A DNA stretch of 64,000 nt from Polyangiaceae bacterium (GTDB taxonomy: Bacteria; Myxococcota_A; Polyangia; Polyangiales; Polyangiaceae). Under the pieces are notes generated by a model. It did no database searches and had not been told where the DNA came from. It saw nothing but the letters and a program-made list of their open reading frames with translations. Position numbers and translations under genes: made by a program. Numbering within the stretch: position 1 is the first letter of the stretch; each line of letters begins with the position of its first letter. Shown piece by piece: positions 52,508-62,166 of this stretch. Location of the stretch: positions 384,001 through 448,000 of the forward strand of contig CBDCTZ010000012.1 in assembly GCA_965222375.1 (NCBI GenBank), read 5' to 3'.

Positions 52508-53758
52508 CTAGCGATAGCGTTCGAGCAGCTTGGTCTGCCGGCTGACCAAAGGCAGGGAGCGGCCGCGAATGATCACGGCCACGACTCGGGTCGACAGTTC
52601 GAAGGGGTCGCCGCTCCAGAGCACCAGATTGGCCGTCTTGCCGGCTTTCACACTTCCGACCGTGGCGTCTAGACCGAAGATCTCTGCGGGTGCGCGGGTG
52701 ACGGCTTCCAAGGCCCGATCCGCAGACAGGCCGGCTCGCACGGCATTGCCGGCGAGCTGTCGGAGCTTTCGCACGTTGTGACTCGCAAAGGTGCTTAGGG
52801 CAATCTTGACGCCGGCGTCTGCCAGCAACTTAGCGTTGTCGGCGCGGGCGCCCCGGGAAGCGAAGGTCGCCGGCAAGTTGTTCAACGGATCGACAATGAC
52901 TGGCACCTTCGCGTCGGCGAGCAGCTTGGCCTGACGCCAAGCCTCAGCCCCGGAGGCGATGATGAGCTTCAAGGAGCTTTGCTTGGCGAGCTCGACCACT
53001 CGAGCGATGTCGCCGGCGGAGTCGGCGTGTACGACCAAGCGCAACTTGCCGGCGAGGGCTGCCTTGCCAGCTTCCAGATCTAGGCGACTTGCTGCCAGCT
53101 TGCGCATACGGTTCTTGGCGTAGTCGGCTGGATTCTTTGCGTAGGCACGCGCGTCTTCCAAAAACTCACGGAGGCGTAGCAACGCGCTGCCGCGGCCCAT
53201 GGGCACGCCATCGAGATGGGCGGTACTGAGTTTGACGTGAAGGGCCAGGCTTTCGTCGACGAAGGGTTTGCTGTGCCCAGGCGGCAGCAGATCGACCCAA
53301 GCGCTCTGGCCCGAAACCAGCCCACCCTGAGGAACGACGCCGACGGACGTCACGCCGCCCAGGCGAGTGACCGCCACTGCTGAGCTGGACGCGTTGTAAC
53401 CATCGGCGGCCCGAAAGGCGGCTCGAATTGGCTCCTTGCTCTTGTGAGTCAGACGATTGGTGGATTGCTCGAGTCCGATGTCGATCAGCCCGAGGTAGGT
53501 CAGGGGATCGATCAGTCCGGCGGTCAGGGTCATGCCTTTGGCGTCCAAGACGTCATTGCCCGCTTTGGCGGCGCCGGTGCTTACCGCTGTGATGCGTCCG
53601 CCTTGGATACCCACGGTGATCTTGTCCAGGGGCGCCTGGCCCGGCGTGAGCAAGCGCGCTCCGGTGACCGCGCGCAGGGGCGTCTTGGCGCTGGCCTGTT
53701 TGGCGGCAAGCCAGGTCGCCGCCATGGCCGACAGCGCCTGTCGGCGCGACATCTTCAT
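52508..53758 (-). CDS. Amidohydrolase-family protein with Tat signal; lacks the HxH metal motif
   Basis: SRRQAL Tat motif; AGLIDPLTYLG; GSVKAGKTANLVLW; ATGA overlap with the upstream gene. Confidence 0.85.
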   Translation of the reverse strand: MKMSRRQALSAMAATWLAAKQASAKTPLRAVTGARLLTPGQAPLDKITVGIQGGRITAVSTGAAKAGNDVLDAKGMTLTAGLIDPLTYLGLIDIGLEQSTNRLTHKSKEPIRAAFRAADGYNASSSAVAVTRLGGVTSVGVVPQGGLVSGQSAWVDLLPPGHSKPFVDESLALHVKLSTAHLDGVPMGRGSALLRLREFLEDARAYAKNPADYAKNRMRKLAASRLDLEAGKAALAGKLRLVVHADSAGDIARVVELAKQSSLKLIIASGAEAWRQAKLLADAKVPVIVDPLNNLPATFASRGARADNAKLLADAGVKIALSTFASHNVRKLRQLAGNAVRAGLSADRALEAVTRAPAEIFGLDATVGSVKAGKTANLVLWSGDPFELSTRVVAVIIRGRSLPLVSRQTKLLERYR

Positions 53759-55368
53759 CGCCACACCTCGAAATCACCATCCGGGGGCGCACCCCGCTTG
53801 TAGCGCAGGACGCCATCGATGAAGACGCGCTCGGTCTGGCTGTAGACGCTCATTGGATCGCGGTTCCAGATCACGACGTCCGCGTCTTTGCCGGTCTCCA
53901 GGGTTCCGACGCGGTCCAGTACGCCCAGGGCCCAGGCCGGGTTCTTGGTGATCCAGGTCAGGGCCTGAGCCGGCGATAGCGCGATCCCCGCGTGCCTGCC
54001 CGCCCACATCGCCTTGGCGGCCTCTTGGTTCAACCGCTGGATGCCCTCGACGGAGTCCGAGTGCACCACCGGCATGGCGCCGCCCGCTGCCAGCAGAGCG
54101 ATGTTCTCCGGAATGCCGTCGTAGGCTTCGACCTTGAAGCCCCACCAGTCAGCCCAAGTGCTCACAGCGATCTTTCGGCGCGCGAGTTCCGTGCGGATCT
54201 TGTACGCCTCCAGTGCATGGTGGAAGGAGCGGACTCGAAGCCCGACTTCATCCGCCAGCGCCAAGATACGAGCCATGTCGTCGGCGCGATAACAGTGCAC
54301 ATGGACCAGAATGCGTCCTTCGAGGGCTGCCGCTAGGGTCTCCTTGGCCAGATCTCGCGCCGGCGGCAGCTTGGGCACTTTGGGCTCTGACGACTCGTCT
54401 TCCGCTTCAGACCATTGTCGCTGCCAAGCTGCGCACCGCTTCTGGTTGCCGTGGCTGCGCACGCGCTCGCACCATTTCTGGCGCAAGCGCTTCTGTTCCT
54501 TTTCGGCGTTGGCCTTGGCTTTGGCTTCAGCGTCCTTCTTGCGGGACTGGGCGTCTTCTTCGCGAAACTGATCCCACTCCTCGATCAAGCGCCGCGCGGC
54601 ATGAAACGCGGCGCGCTGGCCCGCGAGGTTGCCCATTCGGGTGCTCGGGGCTGACTTGCGACCCCCATACACCCGCTTAGGATTCTCTCCGCAAGCCATC
54701 TTTAGCCCCGACGGCGCGCCTTGGAATAGCATGTCGCGGGCGCTCAGCCCGCGGCGAAGCTTCAGGGTCACCGAGCGACCGCCGACCAAGTTTGTGGAAC
54801 CCGGGAGTACTTGAATGGTCGTGACGCCACCGGCCACCGCTCGCGCGATCGCTGGATCTTGAGGCCAGAAGGCGTCGATGGCGCGGACCTCGGCTGTGAC
54901 CGGCGCCGTGGCTTCATTGCCGTCGGAGTGGGCTCTCAAGTGCGGCAGGGAGTAGACACCCATGTGGGAGTGAGTGTCGATCAGTCCAGGTGTGACGAAC
55001 TTGCCATCAGCATCGATGACTTCCGCACCTTCGGGACTTGGACCTGCGCCGGAACCCACCGACGCAATGCGTCCGCCCTCGAAGGCGATGTGGCCTCGAG
55101 GGATCTCCTTGCCATTGCCGAGCAATAGCCTGGCTCCGCGGATCACCACGGCCCGGCTTTGTTTGGCCTGCTTGTCGGTTCTTCGCTCCGCCGCGGCGGT
55201 GCGCCAGGGGGCATCCGCCGACGCCGCTACGCTCACGGGTTTGGGCGCCACCTGCGGCGGCGTGTCGCTCACTCGCGGCGCACACGCACCGAGTGCAGCC
55301 AACAGCGGTGCGCAGCTCAGCCGTGCCGCTCCGCGGGGAGTGCGTTTACGGACTGGGCCAGAACTCAT
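53755..55368 (-). CDS. Amidohydrolase-family lipoprotein
   Basis: LGAC lipobox; PGLIDTHSH; KMACGENPK; HVHCYR; GTLETGKDADVVIW; start inferred. Confidence 0.88.
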   Translation of the reverse strand: MSSGPVRKRTPRGAARLSCAPLLAALGACAPRVSDTPPQVAPKPVSVAASADAPWRTAAAERRTDKQAKQSRAVVIRGARLLLGNGKEIPRGHIAFEGGRIASVGSGAGPSPEGAEVIDADGKFVTPGLIDTHSHMGVYSLPHLRAHSDGNEATAPVTAEVRAIDAFWPQDPAIARAVAGGVTTIQVLPGSTNLVGGRSVTLKLRRGLSARDMLFQGAPSGLKMACGENPKRVYGGRKSAPSTRMGNLAGQRAAFHAARRLIEEWDQFREEDAQSRKKDAEAKAKANAEKEQKRLRQKWCERVRSHGNQKRCAAWQRQWSEAEDESSEPKVPKLPPARDLAKETLAAALEGRILVHVHCYRADDMARILALADEVGLRVRSFHHALEAYKIRTELARRKIAVSTWADWWGFKVEAYDGIPENIALLAAGGAMPVVHSDSVEGIQRLNQEAAKAMWAGRHAGIALSPAQALTWITKNPAWALGVLDRVGTLETGKDADVVIWNRDPMSVYSQTERVFIDGVLRYKRGAPPDGDFEVWR

Positions 55369-55414
55369 GAGCGCGACGTTACACCAGGCGTCGAGGCCTT
55401 GGGAGATCGCGGAT

Positions 55415-55948
55415 TCATGGCTTGTCGGGTACCAGCTCAGCAGTGCGTTCTTGGTCGATGCGCTTTCGCTCGGCGCGCTGGTCCCGGAGTCGCCGGGATG
55501 GGCTGTAGACCCAGATGCTGCGATCCAGAGCCAAAACCTCGTCCACTCGAACTCGTACGTTCCAGGTTCCCGGGGAGTCTTGGGGTACGAAGCGGATTTC
55601 CTGGTCAAAGACCGAAAGGCCCGCCCGAGCTCGTGCTTCTGACAGCCGCACCAGGCGCCCGTATCCGCGACGCCCGGACGTGTCTCGCACCCGGCGGCCC
55701 TTTCCTGGCATGTCGATTTCCCATTTCACGCTCACCGGGTGAGTCAGGGGCTGCGAGAAACGAATTCGAAACCCCTGGGTCTGCTTGGCGCGGTCGAGCA
55801 TCAGCGGCAGCTCGTCGCGCTCCTGCACCTCCCCGCCGAAAAACACTCCGAGTTCTGCACTCTCGATCAGACCCTTCGGTTCCGCTTTTCCACAGGATAG
55901 TGAGGCGCTGGCCGCCACGAGAGCCAGTCCCAACCAATGCAGCTTCAT
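55415..55948 (-). CDS. Lipoprotein, unknown function
   Basis: Signal ending SLSC; ATGA overlap with rsmA. Confidence 0.75.
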   Translation of the reverse strand: MKLHWLGLALVAASASLSCGKAEPKGLIESAELGVFFGGEVQERDELPLMLDRAKQTQGFRIRFSQPLTHPVSVKWEIDMPGKGRRVRDTSGRRGYGRLVRLSEARARAGLSVFDQEIRFVPQDSPGTWNVRVRVDEVLALDRSIWVYSPSRRLRDQRAERKRIDQERTAELVPDKP

Positions 55949-56793
55949 GTCACGATCTCCTGAGCCATGCGGTCGAAGTCTTCGACGGAGAGGGTTTCAC
56001 CTCGGTCCGTCAAGGCAATGCCAGCGCGCTCGGCAGCGGCAGCGATCGCTTCAGCGCTCAGGCCGTGCACGCCATGCCATGCGTTCTTGAGGGTCTTGCG
56101 TCGCTTCGCGAAGGCCGCCGTGACCAGATTGCGAAAAGCCTTGGTCTCTCGTGCCCGAGGCGGACGCAGAGCCTCGAATACGACCACCGCGGAGTCGACT
56201 CCCGGCTGCGGGTAGAACGCGCCGCGTTTGATCACGAAGGCACGGCGCACCGCGTATTGGGCGCTCACGAAGACCGTCAAACCACCGTACGCCTTGGAGC
56301 CAGGCGTGGCGCAGATGCGCTCGGCTACCTCGAGTTGAACCAAGAAGACGACGCGATCGATGACATGGGCGGCGCGCACGGACAACTCCAGTAGCGGCCC
56401 GGTGAGTTGGTAAGGCAGGTTGCCGCACAACACGTGGGGCCGGGGGAGCTGCTCGAACAGAGCTGCCAGGTCTACTGCCTTGGCATCCGCTTCCAGAATT
56501 CGGAGCTTGCCCACCTCGACTTCCGCGGCAAACTCCGAGCTGAGCACTGGGACCAGCTCGCGATCTCGCTCTACGGCGATGACGTGCTCAGCCCCCGCAA
56601 GAAGAGGGCGTGTCAAAGCGCCCAGGCCCGCGCCCAGCTCGACTACGGTCGTGGCCTTGCCTGCGGTGCATAGGGCAGCGATCTTCGCGGCCAGGTGTGG
56701 GTCCGCGAGAAAATTCTGACCGAAACTCTTTTTGGCAACCAAGCCGTGGCGTGCCAGGGAAGCCTTTGGGTTGTCGGAGGGGGGATCCTGCAT
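55945..56793 (-). CDS. rsmA: 16S rRNA adenine dimethyltransferase
   Basis: KKSFGQNFL, ELGAGLG, NLPYQ, FYPQPGVDS, RRKTL; start could lie as far upstream as 56829. Confidence 0.95.
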   Translation of the reverse strand: MQDPPSDNPKASLARHGLVAKKSFGQNFLADPHLAAKIAALCTAGKATTVVELGAGLGALTRPLLAGAEHVIAVERDRELVPVLSSEFAAEVEVGKLRILEADAKAVDLAALFEQLPRPHVLCGNLPYQLTGPLLELSVRAAHVIDRVVFLVQLEVAERICATPGSKAYGGLTVFVSAQYAVRRAFVIKRGAFYPQPGVDSAVVVFEALRPPRARETKAFRNLVTAAFAKRRKTLKNAWHGVHGLSAEAIAAAAERAGIALTDRGETLSVEDFDRMAQEIVT

Positions 56794-56879
56794 GCGCTGC
56801 TTGCTTGCCACCCCGGCCAGCATTGTCACTTTTGCCCGTTTTGGGCCAAGGTTTCGCCGGGCACGGGGGCCCTGGCGTC

Positions 56880-58451
56880 CTAGGGCTGGCGAGGCGGGGG
56901 AGGCAGCGAGGGGCGACCTTTGAGCCGTTCCACGTGCACGCCCATGGATCGCAGCGCCTTGTTGCCCCGCTCTTCTGCGACCCGCGCGCGAATCGAAAGC
57001 GCGTCTGCCACCGCCGGCATCACCGGGGAGCCGGCCCGGGGCAGGTGGGTTCCGAGCCGGATCGCCACCCAGCGCAGCTCAACCCGCCGCCGCGGCAGAG
57101 CGCTCAGGGCGCGTTCGATCTCTGGCCGCGCCTTCAAGTCCGGCGGTGGGGACCACACGTAGATCAGGCTGGGCGACGGGCGCTCTCGTACGGCGCGGGT
57201 CAACGCCGAAGCCAGCTGTCGATCCGTACGGCTGCGCTCGGGCTCCAGCCGCGCGGGCGACGGTAAGCCGTAGGCGGCCAGGTAGCGGCGGAGGATCCGC
57301 CCGCGGCGATCTTCCGCGTGTACGTCGACGTCACGAAACGGGGCGCGGGAGCGCAAGCGTTCGGCGCGGCGTGCGATGCGGTCGAGCTCTGCGCTGCGTA
57401 CACCTCGCGCCGCGCTCGGATCGAGAGGCCGTAGGTGTTCGAGGACCCGGTAGCCCACATCCGCCTCGTCCAGGTCGCTTCGGTCCGCATCGTAGGTTTG
57501 GGCTTTGGTGCTCAAGCTCTGCATCAGCCCCATGGCGTGGCTCGCACCGCGATCCGGGCGGCGCCATTCGAGGGTGCGTGCACCCACGATGCACAGCCCC
57601 ACACGATCGCCCCGGGATAGGTGACGGGTCGCGACTGCGGCGACTTCGTCGATGGCAATATCGAGAGGTGAGTGTCCGGGTTGGCCGGCCCAGAGCTCGA
57701 CGGAAGCGTCCAACATCAGCCAAACCACGTCACGCTCTTCGCGCTCATAGTCGCGCACCATGAGCCGACCGCGGCGCGCCGAGGCTTTCCAGGCGATGCG
57801 CTTGAAAGGATCGCCGGGATAGTGTTCGCGCAGCTCGCGCAGCTCGATGCTTTCGCCCGAAAGGGGGCCGGGGCGCCCGTCGTCCGCGCTGTGCCGACTG
57901 CGGCCACCTCGTGGCGAGCGCAATCGAGAAGCGAAGGGACGCGGAAGGACCTCGATGCCGAAGGGATTGGCGAAGGTGAGAGGAACCTCGAACAAGCCCG
58001 GGGCGCCGAAGACCTCGAGGCTGAGCCCGAAGATCCCGTGGCGGCCCACTCGGGGCGCGGTCACGGTGATCTTCACCCGCAGTCGCCCACCGGCGGGAAC
58101 CTCGCCATCGGGTGGATCGAGTTTCAGCTCCAAATTAGGGGAGCAGACCGGACGCAATGCAACGTAGCGGGCGGCCCGGGAGTCGCGATTGCGGACTTCC
58201 GCCTCGAGCTCGACGCTTTCTCCGCGCGCAATGCGCCGTACGCGAGGCTCGCTTCGCCAGAGCATTTCGAAGCCAGCTGCTCGGATGCGCGCCACGGAGA
58301 CGTGGGTGACCGCGCGGGCCACTGCCAGGCCAATGACCAGCGCGCCTCCCCAACCCACGATCGCTGGGACCTGAAATAGCAGCCCCACCAGTATGGTTCC
58401 TATACCAGCAACCGCGATCTCGACGGTCGTTCGCGTCGGGTGGATCTGCAC
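56880..58451 (-). CDS. DUF58 domain membrane protein
   Basis: Two N-terminal TMs; ELREHYPGDPFKRIAWKASAR; LDAS. Confidence 0.85.
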   Translation of the reverse strand: MQIHPTRTTVEIAVAGIGTILVGLLFQVPAIVGWGGALVIGLAVARAVTHVSVARIRAAGFEMLWRSEPRVRRIARGESVELEAEVRNRDSRAARYVALRPVCSPNLELKLDPPDGEVPAGGRLRVKITVTAPRVGRHGIFGLSLEVFGAPGLFEVPLTFANPFGIEVLPRPFASRLRSPRGGRSRHSADDGRPGPLSGESIELRELREHYPGDPFKRIAWKASARRGRLMVRDYEREERDVVWLMLDASVELWAGQPGHSPLDIAIDEVAAVATRHLSRGDRVGLCIVGARTLEWRRPDRGASHAMGLMQSLSTKAQTYDADRSDLDEADVGYRVLEHLRPLDPSAARGVRSAELDRIARRAERLRSRAPFRDVDVHAEDRRGRILRRYLAAYGLPSPARLEPERSRTDRQLASALTRAVRERPSPSLIYVWSPPPDLKARPEIERALSALPRRRVELRWVAIRLGTHLPRAGSPVMPAVADALSIRARVAEERGNKALRSMGVHVERLKGRPSLPPPPRQP

Positions 58452-58499
58452 ACCCGGCAGGCTAGCGCGGATCCTAGGAGGCGCCGCGCCAAATTCGCC

Positions 58500-59051
58500 T
58501 TACTTGACGCGCTCGGACGCTTCTTTTGGACAGCCAGGCGCCGGGCGCCTGCGGCAAAGCACTACCGCGCGATCATGCAGAGCGTCCGCGGTTTCGGTGT
58601 TCTGTTCCACCCCCGAGCCTTTGCGGAAGAGCACTGCCAGCCGCGCGCAGTCCTCGCCACGTCGCCCTGCGCAGCGCTCGACCAGTTTGCGTACCGCCAA
58701 GCGTCGATGCAAGGTCGCCGATTCCGAGTCGCCCAGGCTGTCCGCCACATCTGCTCGGTCCAGGCAGGCGTCGGGATCGCCCCGCGCGCAATCGAGGGAC
58801 AGCGCCGCGGCGTCTGGCTTCGTGGCTGGCGCTGCATCCGGCAGGCGGATCGGGCTGCGCGCAGACGACGGCGCGGCAGGCGCTGGGGGGGGTGTGGCGT
58901 CGGCTTTCGTGTGGGCCAGGTCGCCGGCCGGCGTGAAAGGCGGCTTGACCGGATCTGGGCCGACGGGGCCGGGACCAAGGGTTGCGATGAGCCCACCCAG
59001 CCCGGCACCCGCGAGGGCCGCCCAGGAAGTCGTTTTGGCAGCGGGGCCCAT
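58500..59051 (-). CDS. Sel1-like repeat protein with N-terminal membrane anchor
   Basis: CARLAVLFRKGSGVEQN; CARGDPDAC. Confidence 0.6.
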   Translation of the reverse strand: MGPAAKTTSWAALAGAGLGGLIATLGPGPVGPDPVKPPFTPAGDLAHTKADATPPPAPAAPSSARSPIRLPDAAPATKPDAAALSLDCARGDPDACLDRADVADSLGDSESATLHRRLAVRKLVERCAGRRGEDCARLAVLFRKGSGVEQNTETADALHDRAVVLCRRRPAPGCPKEASERVK

Positions 59052-59139
59052 CCTGACAGCAGCATGGCATGCCTGAGCGCGCGGCTGAAATCGCACTCTG
59101 CAGCCGTGCGGACGATTTTTTCGCCTATGCTCGGCGCAG

Positions 59140-60255
59140 ATGAGTCCGTGGATTTTCAGCCTGATCGTCCTGCTGTTGGTCGCCGCGCTCATCGCAGCTC
59201 ACTTCGCCTACTTTCGCCGCCGGTTGCTCCTGGAACAGGACTACTCGGAGCTGCTCGCCCTCGCGACCGCAGATGGCGCGCGAATCGAACTACGGCGGCT
59301 GCCCGTACCCGCGAAACTTTCTGGGCCTCCCGTGCTTCTGGTGCACGGGTTGGGGGCGAACCATCGGAACAACGACGCTCTGCCCAATCGTTCGTTGGCG
59401 CGCCACCTGTCGGCTGCAGGGCGCGATGTGTGGCTGGTGACACTGCGTAGTGGCATGCCCTCCCTCAAGCGCCGGGAGGCTCGCCTTGTGCGCTTCGCAC
59501 ATATAGTCGAACAAGACCTGCCCCTTTGCGTGCAAACGGTGTTGGAGCGCACGGACAGTCAGCAGCTCGACTACGTCGGGTTCTCCATGGGCGGCATGCT
59601 GCTGTACGCCGCGATCGGCGAATCGGTGCCGCCCTCGGCGCTCAGACGGGTTGCCATCGTGGGTTCGCCTGCTCTGGTGCGCGCTCCCGGAGGCATCAAG
59701 CTGCCGGGCTGGGTGGCCGGGATCCCAGACTGGGCCATGCCCACGCTGCGGCTGCGGCGTTGGTCGATCGTGGCGGCGCCCTTGGCAGAGAGCCTCGGTC
59801 GGCGTCTGCCATCTCTCGTCGCAAACACCGACAACCTCGCCGAGGGAGAGATCGCCCCCAGTATGGCGAATCTAGTTGCGGACATTCCAGGTCCCCTTCA
59901 CGTGGACTTCGCGCAATGGGCATCCTCGAGCACCGGGGAACTCACCTTCGAGGGACGTCCGGTATTGCCGACTTTGCGCACGCTAGAGATTCCAGCCATC
60001 TTCTTCGCGGGCACGATCGATCGAATGGCCCCACCAGCAAGCGTGCGCGCGGCTCAAGAGGCCTGGGGGGTGGACACGTCAGGTCAGCCCGCACAGTTCG
60101 TGCTGGTGGGCGTCGAGACGGGCGCGGCGCGAGATTACGGACACGGGGATTTGGCCATCGGTATGGATGTGGTCAGCGACGTATTCGACCCGCTTTGCGC
60201 TTTTTTGAGTCAGGGCATCGAATCCGAGTCGCGTCAGCACGGAGCAGCCGCTTGA
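59140..60255 (+). CDS. Membrane-anchored alpha/beta hydrolase (lipase-like)
   Basis: VLLVHGLG, GFSMGG, GTIDRMAP, YGHGDL. Confidence 0.85.
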   Translation: MSPWIFSLIVLLLVAALIAAHFAYFRRRLLLEQDYSELLALATADGARIELRRLPVPAKLSGPPVLLVHGLGANHRNNDALPNRSLARHLSAAGRDVWLVTLRSGMPSLKRREARLVRFAHIVEQDLPLCVQTVLERTDSQQLDYVGFSMGGMLLYAAIGESVPPSALRRVAIVGSPALVRAPGGIKLPGWVAGIPDWAMPTLRLRRWSIVAAPLAESLGRRLPSLVANTDNLAEGEIAPSMANLVADIPGPLHVDFAQWASSSTGELTFEGRPVLPTLRTLEIPAIFFAGTIDRMAPPASVRAAQEAWGVDTSGQPAQFVLVGVETGAARDYGHGDLAIGMDVVSDVFDPLCAFLSQGIESESRQHGAAA

Positions 60256-62027
60256 AGCCGGCACATGTCGCAGCGGCAGTCGCACTGGCGATGTGCATGC
60301 TGGTGCCTGAGCTGCGGGCGGAAGAGCCGGATCAATACTCGGACTACGAGCGTCAGACCATTTCCGCTGCGTTGCGCAGTGAGGGTGGGGAACTCGAGAC
60401 CCATCCCGAGGGCAAGCGGATCGAGGACATCCGCATCGTCACCCTGGACGTGCTCGAAGAGCGAGATCCATATCCGCGCTTCTTCAACGTTTTTCACGCG
60501 ACTACTCGGCCTCATATCGTGGAACGCGAACTGACCTTCCGGCGCGGCCAAATCTACGATCAACGGCGCGTGGACGAATCTGCGCGCGCTCTCAGAGGTG
60601 CTCGCCAATTGTCGTTGGTGCTGATCGTGCCGTTGCAGGGGAAGTATGACGATACGGTTCAACTCTTGGTCATCACGAAGGACGTTTGGAGCTTGCGCCT
60701 CAACACGGACTTTCAGATTGCCGACGGCCGCCTGACTCGCTTGCTGCTTCAACCCGCTGAGGAGAACGTGCTTGGGACCCACACCATGGTCGGCGCATTG
60801 TTTGTCCTCGAGCCCGCGACCTACTCCTTGGGTGCGCAGTTCATCGACCGTCGTGTCGCCGGGAGCCGGATTCAGGGTATTGTCAGCGGTAACGTTATCT
60901 TCAATCGCGATACCGGGGACGCCGAAGGCTCCTTCGGCAGTTTTGCCTACGGCACGACTTTGTTCTCCTCCGAGACCAAGTGGGCCTGGCGCACTTTGGT
61001 GACCTGGCGCCAAGAGATCTTTCGCTCCTTCATCGGTGCGGACCAGCGCACCTTCGATGCCCTGAGCACGCCCGTCGACGACCAGATCCCCTACGAATAC
61101 GATTTCGCCCGGTATTACGGCGCCTACCTGCTGACGCGGTCCTTCGGTCGTCAGTTGAAGAACGACCTTTCTCTCGGCGTGGAAGTCGATCATCGCAAGG
61201 CCAAGCCCCGAGATCTCGCCGGGGCCTCGCCACTGGCTGCTCGGGAGTTCGTTGCCAGCGAGTTGCCCGTCAACGATACCCGGGTATCACCCTTGGCTCA
61301 GTTTCGTAGCTACACGACGGACTACACACGCGTGCTGGACTTCGAGACTCTGGGTCTCCAAGAAGACTACCGGCTGGGTCACGAACTCGTTTTTCGAGTC
61401 TACCCGGCGAGTCGCGACGTCGCGTCGTCCCGCAACCTCGTGGGTTCATTCGCCGCTGCCGGCTACACCGCTCCTTTTGGCGATGGCCTCCTGCGCGCGA
61501 TAGTTAGCAATACACTGGAGCTGTCTTCCTCCGAGGAGACGGACGCACTGGCCAGCGCCAACATCCGTGTTGTCACACCGCGCATCGGACTGGGTCGTAT
61601 CGTGTACGACTCGTTGCTGCTCAACCGCTACGAGAACTATCTCAACGAACGATTCACCTTGGGCGGGGGAACTCGACTGCGTGGCTATGCGCCGCAGGCG
61701 TTCATTGGCAAAGATGTGGTGGCGAGCAACCTCGAGTTTCGGACCACGCCCGTGGAAGTCTTGCGCACCCAACTCGGTTTGGCGTTCTTCTACGATGTGG
61801 GCGATGCCTTTGACGGCGCCGCCGACTTGCGCTTGAAGCAGTCTGTGGGTCTGGGGCTGCGCGCCCTCATCCCCCAAGCCAATCGAATCGTGTTTCGCGC
61901 CGACTATGGCCTGCCCGTGGTGGCCGGCCGCGCGGTCGGACCGGGGTCGCTGTTTTTGACTTTTGGCCAGGCCTTCGGCGTGCCAGCGGTGTCACCGCCG
62001 ACCCTCACGAGCGATTTCGCGGACTAA
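60252..62027 (+). CDS. Omp85 (BamA/TamA-like) outer membrane protein
   Basis: Signal peptide, POTRA-like segment, LGGGTRLRGY, FYDVGDAF, SVGLGLR; TTG start overlapping the upstream TGA is inferred. Confidence 0.8.
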   Translation: MKPAHVAAAVALAMCMLVPELRAEEPDQYSDYERQTISAALRSEGGELETHPEGKRIEDIRIVTLDVLEERDPYPRFFNVFHATTRPHIVERELTFRRGQIYDQRRVDESARALRGARQLSLVLIVPLQGKYDDTVQLLVITKDVWSLRLNTDFQIADGRLTRLLLQPAEENVLGTHTMVGALFVLEPATYSLGAQFIDRRVAGSRIQGIVSGNVIFNRDTGDAEGSFGSFAYGTTLFSSETKWAWRTLVTWRQEIFRSFIGADQRTFDALSTPVDDQIPYEYDFARYYGAYLLTRSFGRQLKNDLSLGVEVDHRKAKPRDLAGASPLAAREFVASELPVNDTRVSPLAQFRSYTTDYTRVLDFETLGLQEDYRLGHELVFRVYPASRDVASSRNLVGSFAAAGYTAPFGDGLLRAIVSNTLELSSSEETDALASANIRVVTPRIGLGRIVYDSLLLNRYENYLNERFTLGGGTRLRGYAPQAFIGKDVVASNLEFRTTPVEVLRTQLGLAFFYDVGDAFDGAADLRLKQSVGLGLRALIPQANRIVFRADYGLPVVAGRAVGPGSLFLTFGQAFGVPAVSPPTLTSDFAD

Positions 62028-62166
62028 AACCGCCCGCCCGGCTGCTGAGGTGACACTTTGGGAAGGCCAGACGTAGGCCGGAAATACCATAGTGACTGGA
62101 CGGTCAGCCGATGATCCGTTATCGAATATTGCTGATCGTACGAGGTGGCGGGAGGAGCGCTGGATA

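Noticed and set aside
56880..58451. DUF58 gene without an adjacent MoxR ATPase as a novel system
   Set aside because: The partner may be encoded elsewhere; nothing in the window supports more
59526..60251. 5' extension of the 833-aa Omp85 ORF (likewise 31494-31868, 35427-35885 and 55369-55608)
   Set aside because: These extensions overlap other genes or relics and precede clear signal peptides; the real starts are downstream
62030..62160. Possible structured RNA or operator upstream of the AraC gene
   Set aside because: Only weak GACG-containing repeats; no convincing fold or family match by eye
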